A stretch of DNA of 64,000 nt from an uncultured virus (IMG/VR IMGVR_UViG_3300010883_027406) (taxonomy: Duplodnaviria > Heunggongvirae > Uroviricota > Caudoviricetes). The notes under the pieces are model-generated. The model was given only the letters and a program-made list of their open reading frames with translations, ran no database searches and was not told where the DNA came from. The stretch covers positions 21,365 to 85,364 of the IMG/VR virus record IMGVR_UViG_3300010883_027406. One strand, given 5' to 3'. Positions within the stretch are counted from its first letter, which is position 1; each line of letters opens with the position of its first letter. Positions 10,102-18,666 of the stretch are shown here, piece by piece. The position numbers were made by a program, and so were the translations under genes.

Positions 10102-11284
10102 CAGATTTTTTAGATTTCTTCCATTCTTCATGAGTTTTGTTTTTGTGAACTGAATTGCAAGATTTGAAAGGGTGATCCTTCATCATGTCAAATTTGGACT
10201 TTCCCTTATCCTTGGATTCTTCCTTATCATCCTTGGATTCTTCCTTATCATCATCCTTGGATTCTTCCTTATCAGATTTTTTAGATTTTTTCCATTCTTC
10301 ATGAGTTTTGCCAGGATGAGCTTTCTTGCATGATTTGCCAGGATGATCCTGCATCATTTTAAAAGCATCTTTTGATTCAACGTATTTTCCGAATGCGCTT
10401 TCGTCCACGCCAGCATCCCAACTGCCAGCTTTTTGTTCGTCTTCATGATCATGATCATGATCATAATCATCATCGTGTCGGTGCCATCGTGGTGAACCAG
10501 ACCCTTGATCAATGTCATGTTTTTTTAACATTTCTACTATTTTGGGGAAATGTTCATCTAAAAGCTCTTCAATATCTTCTCTTTCTACTTCAAGGTCGGA
10601 TGCAACTTGATGAAGTATTTCTTTTGATGATTTGTGTTTGTATTCTGGGCTGTGCATAATTGACATTATTTTAGCATTCACCATGTCCCCGAATTTAGGA
10701 TCGGCAGAATGACCGTGTCCTACTGATTTTTGCTCGATGGCAAACATGCCTTTAGCGTGTTTTGAGTTGACCAGAGGAGCGTCCATGTCGTCTAGACCTG
10801 CATCTTTGTACATTTGAATGATTTGATCTGCGGTTGCCTTATCAACTTCTGAACCTTTGGGATGTTTGGCGTATATTTGTTTATCTAGCTGATTGCTGTC
10901 GTGCAACCCTTTCTCATTCTGTTGGCGTTGCGTCCTGATCAACGTCCTACCACTTCCGTCCGGGGCGGGGTTTTTTCCGCCCTGCGAAAGTTGAGCAAAA
11001 TAATTATCAGTGGAACCAAGCGATTTCGCCTGCTCGTCTAAGACATCAACTATTTTTTTTTTGGAGGAAGGAACTTCAGTATCGGGTTCCCAAACCATGT
11101 TTTTATCGCCAACGTCGCCTAAACCTTGATCACCTTTAACTTTAATTCCTTTGCCCACATAGGGAGCCTTGTGGCCTTTAGGAGCCTTTGGAATGCTGTC
11201 GTGGTAGTCTGCCTTTAGTTCTTCTCTAGGTTTGACTAGTTTGCCTTTTTTATTAACGTATTCTTTGAATGATTTAAATTTCAT
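10094..11284 (-). CDS. low-complexity charged protein with capsid-targeting-like N-terminus, putative internal virion protein
   Basis: Start at MKFKSFKEYV overlaps pspC stop (ATGA); HD-rich tract, KEESKDD x3, duplicated MMxDHPxKSC..H..KTHEEWKKSKKSD. Confidence 0.7.
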   Translation of the reverse strand: MKFKSFKEYVNKKGKLVKPREELKADYHDSIPKAPKGHKAPYVGKGIKVKGDQGLGDVGDKNMVWEPDTEVPSSKKKIVDVLDEQAKSLGSTDNYFAQLSQGGKNPAPDGSGRTLIRTQRQQNEKGLHDSNQLDKQIYAKHPKGSEVDKATADQIIQMYKDAGLDDMDAPLVNSKHAKGMFAIEQKSVGHGHSADPKFGDMVNAKIMSIMHSPEYKHKSSKEILHQVASDLEVEREDIEELLDEHFPKIVEMLKKHDIDQGSGSPRWHRHDDDYDHDHDHEDEQKAGSWDAGVDESAFGKYVESKDAFKMMQDHPGKSCKKAHPGKTHEEWKKSKKSDKEESKDDDKEESKDDKEESKDKGKSKFDMMKDHPFKSCNSVHKNKTHEEWKKSKKSDD

Positions 11285-11463
11285 AGTTCTTCCTCTTTGG
11301 GCATTAGTAACCAAAGTAATAAGTAGATAATTGGCCCGACGCCAAAAGCCAAAAAACCTACAACAAATACAAGCCTCATTATTATAGGGTCAATTTCTAA
11401 GGATTTTGCTAGTCCTGAGCATATCCCTGCGATTACTTTATTGTTTGAATCTCTCTTAACCAT
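11281..11463 (-). CDS. pspC: PspC domain membrane protein
   Basis: RDSNNKVIAGICSGLA...DP..MRL...IIYLLLWLLMP. Confidence 0.9.
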   Translation of the reverse strand: MVKRDSNNKVIAGICSGLAKSLEIDPIIMRLVFVVGFLAFGVGPIIYLLLWLLMPKEEEL

Positions 11464-11511
11464 ATTGGCCCTTTCGTATATACTATTTATGTATTAATTT
11501 CTTATTTTAAA

Positions 11512-11518
11512 CTAAATA
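11512..11518 (+). promoter_or_regulatory. putative late-type promoter element (TAnATA, 5 nt before ATG)
   Basis: CTAAATA-tacac-ATG; same spacing at six other genes. Confidence 0.55.
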
Positions 11519-11523
11519 TACAC

Positions 11524-11706
11524 ATGAAAAACATAGAAGGTTTAGACCTTAAAAAGGCTGAGACATTATTAGAAAAAGAAAACAAGGTTATTCGTGTAGC
11601 TAAGTTGGATGGCGAACCGCTCATTTTGACTTGTGACTATATGCTTGGCAGAGTTAATGTTGAAGTTGAAAACGATAAGGTTGTTTCCATAATTGGAGAA
11701 TTTTAG
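11524..11706 (+). CDS. peptidase-inhibitor-like small protein (I78/potato inhibitor I fold)
   Basis: GL...AE...IRV...LTCDYMLGRVNVEVENDKV pattern (TxDY..xRxN). Confidence 0.7.
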   Translation: MKNIEGLDLKKAETLLEKENKVIRVAKLDGEPLILTCDYMLGRVNVEVENDKVVSIIGEF

Positions 11707-11734
11707 TTTACAATTTTCTTTTTTGAAGTATAAT
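11707..11734 (+). promoter_or_regulatory. sigma70-type promoter for tmRNA
   Basis: TTTACA-16nt-TATAAT just upstream of the ssrA 5' end; second TATAAT at 11735-11740. Confidence 0.6.
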
Positions 11735-11747
11735 TATAATAGACTTA

Positions 11748-12103
11748 GGGCTGGAAATGGTATCGATTGGCTGTTGAGTTCTTGAGTTGCCTGTAGGAGT
11801 TGATCGGAAGGCTCCTTAAAAATCCGATTAAAAATTTAGTTGACAAAACTAATTTCGCTATGGCTGCTTAATTATAAGCAACCCAAGTTTCAAAGGTCTG
11901 CCAGTGACGTTTGACAACTTGCCGCAATACTGGCTGCGTTCAAAACAAATCAAACTACTTTTGAACTAAGATTCGTTGTTTGATAGTTGATTTAAACCTT
12001 TGTTTGTTGTGGTTTAATGATGCGAAACTCAAACATCAAACTATACAGGTAGACGCTTTTGAATAGGTAGTGCAAGACACGGGTTCGACTCCCGTCCGGT
12101 CCA
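11748..12103 (+). ncRNA. ssrA: tmRNA
   Basis: 5' GGGCTGG pairs with 3' CCGGTCC-A with G3.U70; T-arm ACGGGTTCGACTCCCGT; tag ORF 11842-11871 GAC AAA ACT AAT TTC GCT ATG GCT GCT TAA = (A)DKTNFAMAA*; CCA not encoded. Confidence 0.95.
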
Positions 12104-12106
12104 CTG

Positions 12107-12140
12107 AAGCTCCCCTCGCATTGCGAGGGGAGCTTTTTTT
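12107..12140 (+). terminator. Rho-independent terminator after tmRNA
   Basis: AAGCTCCCCTCGC-ATT-GCGAGGGGAGCTT inverted repeat followed by a T run. Confidence 0.92.
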
Positions 12141-12186
12141 GTTATGATGTTGTTTTTTCAATTTATATGCATTAAACTTGATTTTC

Positions 12187-14688
12187 ATGGATTCTAAAGA
12201 AAAATTGATTGGTTTGTGCGCTCAATTTCTTAAAAAGAAGGGGCTTGATGATGATGCGCATAAGAACAGATTAAAAGAAGAATTAAAAGAAATTGAGATT
12301 CAAAACGAATACGATTATTTTGTAGATCTTTATGAAGAAGGAATCAAAGCTAGCAATAATGAAAATAATTTGCTTATTCCTTATCTTTTGGGCATGGTAG
12401 ATGAGTTTGATATAAATTCTAGTTATGGTTTTGTTTATGGCGATTTCCCTGATGTCGATATAGATTATCTTCCCACGGTGCGAGATTATTTAAAAAATGA
12501 ATGGGCACCGAAGTTTTTTGGAGAAGACAAGGTTTGTAATATTGGAAATTATACTACTTTTGGAATTAAGAGTGCTTTAATTGACATGGTTCGGGTGCAT
12601 TGTGGCAACAGGGAAGAGATGCTTAATATGACAACCCAGCTTGGGATTAAGGATAGTGCTGGTAATAATTTAACTTGGGAAAAAGCTTTAGAGGAAAATC
12701 CATTATTATTTAAATATTGTGAAGAGAATCCTGATATATCAATTGCCGCACAAAAAATGATTGGAAGAAATCGTGGCATGGGGATGCATGCTGGTGGTTT
12801 AATCGTGTCTAGTTCTCGGATTGACAATCTTGTCCCTCTTGTTAGGGGAAAAGATAAAACTCAAGTTTCTGCGTGGGTAGAGGGGTTGAGCGGTCAGGAC
12901 TTACAGCCTGTTGGGTTGGTGAAGTTTGATCTTTTGGTTATTACAAATAACCTTCAGGTGGCCAAGTGTTGTAAACTAATTAAAGAGCGACACGGTGTTG
13001 AACATATTAATGCCCTGCCAGGTCAGTCAGATTGGTCTGATATAGCTTATTTGAATGATCCCAAAGCGTTGGAAATGGCTAATCGTGGAGATCTTAAATG
13101 TGTTTTTCAATTTGATAGTGATGGAATTCGTCAACTTGCAAAAATGGGAGGCGTAACATCATTTGATGATTTGGTTGCTTATACTTCTCTCTATCGACCT
13201 GGCCCGTTGCAAGAGAAAATGCATGACACTTATACGAATAGGAAAAGAGGAATAGAAGAATATGAAATGAATCCTTTGATAGAGCCTGTTTTGGGTGTTA
13301 CTTATGGCGTAATGGTCTATCAGGAACAGATAATGCAGATGTTAAATGTGGTGGGAAATATTCCGCTTAGAGATTGTGAGATTGTTAGGAAGGCAATCTC
13401 TAAGAAGCAAGTAGAAAAATTTACTAAATATAAGGAAATGTTTGTTGAGAATGGGCAATTTAATTTAGATGAATCTAAAGAGAATGTAGAAGAGTTGTGG
13501 AAGCAAATAGAAGCATTTGCTGGTTATGGTTTTAATAAAAGCCATGCTTGTGCTTATACTTATTTGTCATCTCGTTTGTTGTGGTTAAAGGCTCATTACC
13601 CGATTGAGTTTTTTGCGTCTATTTTAAGCTGTGAGGGAAATTCGGATAAAATTAGAGAATATAAAATTGAATCATCGCAACATGGTGTAGAGGTTTGTCC
13701 TTTGGACATTAATAAGTCTAATGTTGAGTTTAGTATAGTTGATGATAAGATATTTTTTGGGATATCAAATATAAAAGGAATTGGAGAAGTTCCCGCTGCG
13801 AAAATTGCTTCCGGTGGGCCTTATAATTCGTTTAAGGAATTTCTTAATTCCTTTGGCACGGATGCGAATGTGATAAAGCCGTTTGTGTGTTTGAAAGTTT
13901 TTGAAGATGCCGAACCAGTTAAGCTTTATAAGTACTATGAGTTTTATAAGTCCCAAAGAAAGAAGATAGAGGACCGTAGGAAAAGATTTCAAAAGTCAAT
14001 GGAAAAGTATCAAGAAAAATTGCGGGATCTTTTGCCGGGTTTAGAAGAATTTGCTGTTTTCGATGACAGGTATTTTGATAAGTGGGAGGAAAAGTTTAAT
14101 GTTGATCGTTGGAAGGAATTGGACAAATTAAGAAAAAGACGTAATCGTTCTATTGTAAATTTCAATGAAAAGGAAAAGCTGGGATCAGATATTGTGGATG
14201 TTTCTGAGTTTGAAGATGAGGGATATGAAATATATGATGATGATCTTTTGGAATTGTTAAATAATGAACAGTTGGCTGAGTATAAGTTTTATGGATTTGG
14301 CTGGATTCATCCTTTGCAAAATAGTCCTGATTTTGATGGCAACAAAACGTTTGATCATTTTAGAGCGGAACATAATGTTTCTACTTGGGGCGTGGAAGTT
14401 GTAGTTGTTAAAGTAGAGCAAAAACTTTCAAAGAATAAAAAAACCAAGTATTGGTTGATAGAGGTAGAAGATGCAAATTGGGAAAGGAATAGGGTGATTT
14501 TTTGGTCGGATGATTGGGTTCGTTGGAAGGAGGATGTGCAGGTGGGGAATATTTTAAAAATGAGAATGTCAAAACCTGATCCTCCTTTTAAGAGCTACAA
14601 GTTTGACTCTCAGCCGAGACATAAAAGGCATTTAATTCCTAAAGAAAAATCTAATGACTTTAGAATACTAATGATGAACAAAGGATAA
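12187..14688 (+). CDS. dnaE: DNA polymerase III alpha, C-terminal catalytic fragment
   Basis: FPDVDID, GMHAGG, GLVKFDLL, VFQF, LYRPGPL, MVYQEQIM, FAGYGFNKSHA, WLKAHYP, HhH IKGIG, C-terminal OB-like region; no PHP domain, no GRGS. Confidence 0.95.
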   Translation: MDSKEKLIGLCAQFLKKKGLDDDAHKNRLKEELKEIEIQNEYDYFVDLYEEGIKASNNENNLLIPYLLGMVDEFDINSSYGFVYGDFPDVDIDYLPTVRDYLKNEWAPKFFGEDKVCNIGNYTTFGIKSALIDMVRVHCGNREEMLNMTTQLGIKDSAGNNLTWEKALEENPLLFKYCEENPDISIAAQKMIGRNRGMGMHAGGLIVSSSRIDNLVPLVRGKDKTQVSAWVEGLSGQDLQPVGLVKFDLLVITNNLQVAKCCKLIKERHGVEHINALPGQSDWSDIAYLNDPKALEMANRGDLKCVFQFDSDGIRQLAKMGGVTSFDDLVAYTSLYRPGPLQEKMHDTYTNRKRGIEEYEMNPLIEPVLGVTYGVMVYQEQIMQMLNVVGNIPLRDCEIVRKAISKKQVEKFTKYKEMFVENGQFNLDESKENVEELWKQIEAFAGYGFNKSHACAYTYLSSRLLWLKAHYPIEFFASILSCEGNSDKIREYKIESSQHGVEVCPLDINKSNVEFSIVDDKIFFGISNIKGIGEVPAAKIASGGPYNSFKEFLNSFGTDANVIKPFVCLKVFEDAEPVKLYKYYEFYKSQRKKIEDRRKRFQKSMEKYQEKLRDLLPGLEEFAVFDDRYFDKWEEKFNVDRWKELDKLRKRRNRSIVNFNEKEKLGSDIVDVSEFEDEGYEIYDDDLLELLNNEQLAEYKFYGFGWIHPLQNSPDFDGNKTFDHFRAEHNVSTWGVEVVVVKVEQKLSKNKKTKYWLIEVEDANWERNRVIFWSDDWVRWKEDVQVGNILKMRMSKPDPPFKSYKFDSQPRHKRHLIPKEKSNDFRILMMNKG

Positions 14689-14735
14689 ATGTAAACTATA
14701 TTATAAAGTGATCAATACTTATTGAGGTTTAACTT

Positions 14736-15272
14736 ATGATTGATAATGAAACAAAAGAAGAAATTGAAATAACAGAGGATAATTTTGAGGAGTATTTTTT
14801 TGATGTTCGAAAGCATGATCCTGAACGTGGTCAAATTCTAGCTAGGTATATGACCAAAGCTGAATTTATAGATGGTTTCATGAAAAGAAACGTGATTTCG
14901 CTTCTTACGACACATAAAAATGCTGGTAATACTGCGCCTCAGGTCATGAGGAAGTTAGGACTTGCTCAAGAAGAGGACTCTATTAGTATATGTCGAGAAA
15001 TAGCGGAGGATTTAATGAGTGGGATGTCTGAAGATGAGGTGGCTGAGAAGGCATACCCCTTTACGTTGGAATGTTTTTTTTATGCGGAAAAAGAGAATGT
15101 GCCCACAGATGATCCTCATTGGGACATTGTTTCTATAAATAATTTGGATGAATTTTTGGAAGAAAATGAAGTTGAATCTAGCGAAATTGTGGACGATGTG
15201 GAAATTAGAACTAAGATAGTTTTTTCAGAAGATGAGGAAAAAGATAATATCGAGGATGATTCTGATAAGTAG
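14736..15272 (+). CDS. acidic hypothetical protein
   Basis: 178-aa ORF with GAGG SD. Confidence 0.75.
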   Translation: MIDNETKEEIEITEDNFEEYFFDVRKHDPERGQILARYMTKAEFIDGFMKRNVISLLTTHKNAGNTAPQVMRKLGLAQEEDSISICREIAEDLMSGMSEDEVAEKAYPFTLECFFYAEKENVPTDDPHWDIVSINNLDEFLEENEVESSEIVDDVEIRTKIVFSEDEEKDNIEDDSDK

Positions 15273-15343
15273 TTGTAGGAATACTATAAACAAAAAATAA
15301 GGAAACTGTTGCTTGTGCCTTTGGTAAAAATGGTCTGACAACA

Positions 15344-15350
15344 ATATATA
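15344..15350 (+). promoter_or_regulatory. putative late-type promoter element
   Basis: ATATATA-attac-ATG. Confidence 0.55.
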
Positions 15351-15355
15351 ATTAC

Positions 15356-15958
15356 ATGAGTAATGAAAATGAAAACAACCATACGTTCGGCCACGCAGTT
15401 GGCAAATCCTTGTCCGATGAGAATTTTGGAAAGTGGTGTGACCAATGGGACAAAGCGTTAGACGATGGCTTGTTTGATGATGCTCCTAATCCCAACACTC
15501 CGTCATCTCCTCCTGATTTAAGTAGTTATGATGCTGAATCGCTGCCGGATAATAGCAAACCTGCTGATGGAGTGCTGAACGAGTCTGATGCCGAGTATTG
15601 GAAGTCAGTTTATAATCTTTCATCCAATCAAGGTGATGCACCTGATGTGATTAAAGAAGCTTCTCCCAATGCCAAGGACTTGGGCAAAAGAGCCATGGTT
15701 GTGGCTAATGAGCCTAATCCTGTTAGAATTAATACTGTTGGTAAGGATCAAAATGCTCGTTCTGATTCATCCACATCAGACGCATTCCATAAATTAAGTG
15801 AACTTAAAAAGGAACTGCATTCAATTGGCGATCAACTTGCTGAGATGGGAGATTCTAATTTGGATGTAATTTATTCAAAAATTGATAAGATTCAAAGCAA
15901 GATTGATGAGTTGAGTGATTCACTTGTTCCAAATTATGTTTCTGATTCTGAGTCTTAA
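15356..15958 (+). CDS. hypothetical protein with C-terminal coiled coil
   Basis: 200 aa; heptad pattern LSELKKELHSI..IDKIQSKIDEL. Confidence 0.75.
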   Translation: MSNENENNHTFGHAVGKSLSDENFGKWCDQWDKALDDGLFDDAPNPNTPSSPPDLSSYDAESLPDNSKPADGVLNESDAEYWKSVYNLSSNQGDAPDVIKEASPNAKDLGKRAMVVANEPNPVRINTVGKDQNARSDSSTSDAFHKLSELKKELHSIGDQLAEMGDSNLDVIYSKIDKIQSKIDELSDSLVPNYVSDSES

Positions 15959-15961
15959 ATT

Positions 15962-16345
15962 ATGAGCCGTAGATTTTTTTTGATAATTGCCAATTTGCTA
16001 TTGGCAATTTTTTTTATATTCGCTATTAATAATAGGTCTGAGGATCTAATTGTTAGCCCTTCTATACCTGAACATTATCCGATTTCTAGAATCAGGGTTA
16101 TACAAGGTCACGATTTTGATATAACTTTAAAAAATGGCGATAGGATCAGGGCCAATCTTCGTTATGCTACTGCTCCTGAGGCACAGCAAGAGGTGGTGGC
16201 ATTTTTCAATAGTTCGTTAAATCCTAATGTTGTTTTGTATGAAAAATTAGATCATATATGGATTGTAGATATTAAAGCTGTACATAGTGGTAAGGAAATG
16301 GAACTGTTAGAATGGCTCAGAGCAAAAAACTTAGTGTGGGACTGA
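15962..16345 (+). CDS. membrane-anchored protein, degenerate thermonuclease (SNase)-like
   Basis: N-terminal TM; RVIQGHDF..RIRANL..TAPE resembles RVIDGDT..RL.GIDAPE without the catalytic Asp residues. Confidence 0.5.
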   Translation: MSRRFFLIIANLLLAIFFIFAINNRSEDLIVSPSIPEHYPISRIRVIQGHDFDITLKNGDRIRANLRYATAPEAQQEVVAFFNSSLNPNVVLYEKLDHIWIVDIKAVHSGKEMELLEWLRAKNLVWD

Positions 16346-17496
16346 CAGATGGTAGTGATAAAAAATCTGAAAAAAACAATCCCACGGAAGCTAAAAAAAA
16401 CAATAAGCCTGCGGGCAAAAGAAGTAATGTAGATTCTAATAAAAATAGAATTAATATATCTGATTTCAAAAAGATTATCCTTGATAAAACAAAGGATAAA
16501 TCTAAAGTAGCAATTTTTACCCACGCTAGTCCCGATCCTGATGCCATAGGGTCAATGATGGGGATGGTGTGGTTTCTTAAAAAGGAATTTGGTTTAGACT
16601 CTGATTGCTTTTATGGCGGCGGGATTTCTCATCCTCAAAATATGGCAATGTGCAACTTGCTGGACCCAGGGCTTAGATTGTTTGAGGAATATAAAGAAAA
16701 TGATTATGGCATTAAAGTCCTAGTTGACACAGTTCCTTCAAATGCGGACGTAGGCGATAGCCAAGTAGAATTTGATATAGTTGTCGATCACCACAAAGAG
16801 AACCCAAGCGGAAGTTTTAAAGGTTTATATATAAACTTGGCGGCGGGCAGTGCTTGTGGAACTGTTTTTGAGATAATAAAAGAATTTCAAAATTCATTTG
16901 ATTCAAATAGTGATTATGATACTAGAGTGGCCACTGCTTTGATGGTGGGCATAATCACTGACACGGAAAACATGATGTCTGATGATACAACGGAATATGA
17001 ATTTAATGCTTATTGGAAGTTGTTTGAATTTCGTGATTCCATATCTCTTAAACAAATTGTTAAATTTAAGAGACCCAAAGCATGGATTGACGCTAAGGCC
17101 GCTGCGTCTGCGACTGCAATTGTAGATTCGGATGGGGTTGCTGTTGTTGGCATGGGGGTTATTCCGACCAAACAAAGAGATCTTATATCTGATATGGCAG
17201 ACGAAATGGTGCAATGGTCTAGTGTCGAAACAAGCATTTCATTTGCGTTAATAGATGGGGATAGAATCGAAGGATCTGTTAGGACTAATAATGCATCTAT
17301 ATCGGTTCCAGAATTATGTAAAATTTTAGGTGGGAAATATGGAACTGGTGGGGGGAAGCTGGGTAAGGGAGCTTATAAGTATGATTTGGGCGGGCTGTCT
17401 ATAGAAGAGGATGACGAGGATAATACTAAAATAAAAGCTTGGGAGTTCATTAATGAAAAAGAAACAAAAAGAATTTTTAGAAGTATAAAGAAATAG
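16312..17496 (+). CDS. DHH/DHHA1 family phosphoesterase (NrnA-like)
   Basis: HASPDPDAIGS, LVD, VVDHH, GIITDT, GSVR, GGGK..KGA. Confidence 0.9.
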   Translation: MAQSKKLSVGLTDGSDKKSEKNNPTEAKKNNKPAGKRSNVDSNKNRINISDFKKIILDKTKDKSKVAIFTHASPDPDAIGSMMGMVWFLKKEFGLDSDCFYGGGISHPQNMAMCNLLDPGLRLFEEYKENDYGIKVLVDTVPSNADVGDSQVEFDIVVDHHKENPSGSFKGLYINLAAGSACGTVFEIIKEFQNSFDSNSDYDTRVATALMVGIITDTENMMSDDTTEYEFNAYWKLFEFRDSISLKQIVKFKRPKAWIDAKAAASATAIVDSDGVAVVGMGVIPTKQRDLISDMADEMVQWSSVETSISFALIDGDRIEGSVRTNNASISVPELCKILGGKYGTGGGKLGKGAYKYDLGGLSIEEDDEDNTKIKAWEFINEKETKRIFRSIKK

Positions 17497-17511
17497 AACT
17501 CTATTTTTAAT

Positions 17512-18666
17512 ATGGTTACAAAGACTTTTATTGGTGTTGAAAATACTTCTAGAGAAATTTTAGAAGAAATAAAGTTTACTATTCATAAGCTTACTAATAG
17601 GCCACGTCCTCAAGACATCAATAGGCGGCTTATAATTTGCTGTTTTAGCGAGTTTGGATGCGAGACAGTAGGAAGCATGTATTGCGTCCCCAAACTCGCC
17701 AGGCAGCACCCTGGGGACTATAAGATCGTTATTGGTTGGTATGGTAGGAAGTATTTATATCAACATTTAGTTGATGAATTTTGGGAGTTGGATGAAGATC
17801 ATCAACACTTGCGAGAATATACTAGGGCTTTTCATCATGAGTCAAAGAATTTATCTCAATTAGAGTCTAGGTTGGCTCAGTATGGCAAAGTAGTTCCTTC
17901 TGATTATTTAGGTAAAATTGTTATAGGTAATATGTGTAGAGATTGCCGTAATTTTTGGGGAGGGTATGAGGATATTGTTTCTTGTCCTAATTGTGAAAGT
18001 CTTAATTTAGATAAATCTTTATTCTCAGACATAAAAACCGCTAGGGAGAAGTCAACCTCGATTCCTAGGCCTTCTGTTGAAAAATTGAAAATTGCTGGCG
18101 GTATTGTAGGCAAAAATGCCGTTGCGATTACAGGGAGGGGCAGGAAGACTTACGGTAGAAATCTCCAGCCAGAATTTTATGTAAAATTAATTTCTATGTT
18201 GAGGGAGAAGGGATATGATCCCATTTGGATTGGAGAAAAGCAGAGCACCCAAGAGTGTCCCGTCAAAGATGTCATAGATTTTTCACGAGATGAAAGATCT
18301 AGAGATTTAGAGCTTACTCTTGCTATTATAAGTAAATGCGAGTTTACGATTCAGTTCTGGACTGCATCTACTCGTTTGGCGGCAATGGTTGGCGTGCCAT
18401 ATGTTTTGGTTGAAAGCCCTGATCAAATAATAGGCAACGGGCAGGAGGGGTATAGGATTGCTTTGATAGGAGGGAAAAGAAAAGTTATTTTTTCTCATTA
18501 TCTTAGTGTTTTTAATAATCATAAAGATTCTATTAAATTAATAGAACAAGCTATGAGTGAAATGAATGAAGATAATTGGGATTGTTTAGTTGGTTTAGTA
18601 GAAGACAAAGAGCATATCGGCAATTTGTCTAATTCTAATTTGAGACGAATTGGGTGGATGGAATGA
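17512..18666 (+). other. GT-B fold protein, GT9 (heptosyltransferase)-like, with CxxC..CxxC insert
   Basis: RNL..EFY.KLI..L...GY..IWIG, LAIISKCEF.I...TA.TRLAAMVGVP resemble the GT9 C-terminal domain. Confidence 0.55.

Noticed and set aside
9271-12186. Intron or intein joining the dnaE halves
   Set aside because: Interval holds genes on both strands, a tmRNA and a strong terminator; no intein terminal residues or recognisable group I/II intron features.
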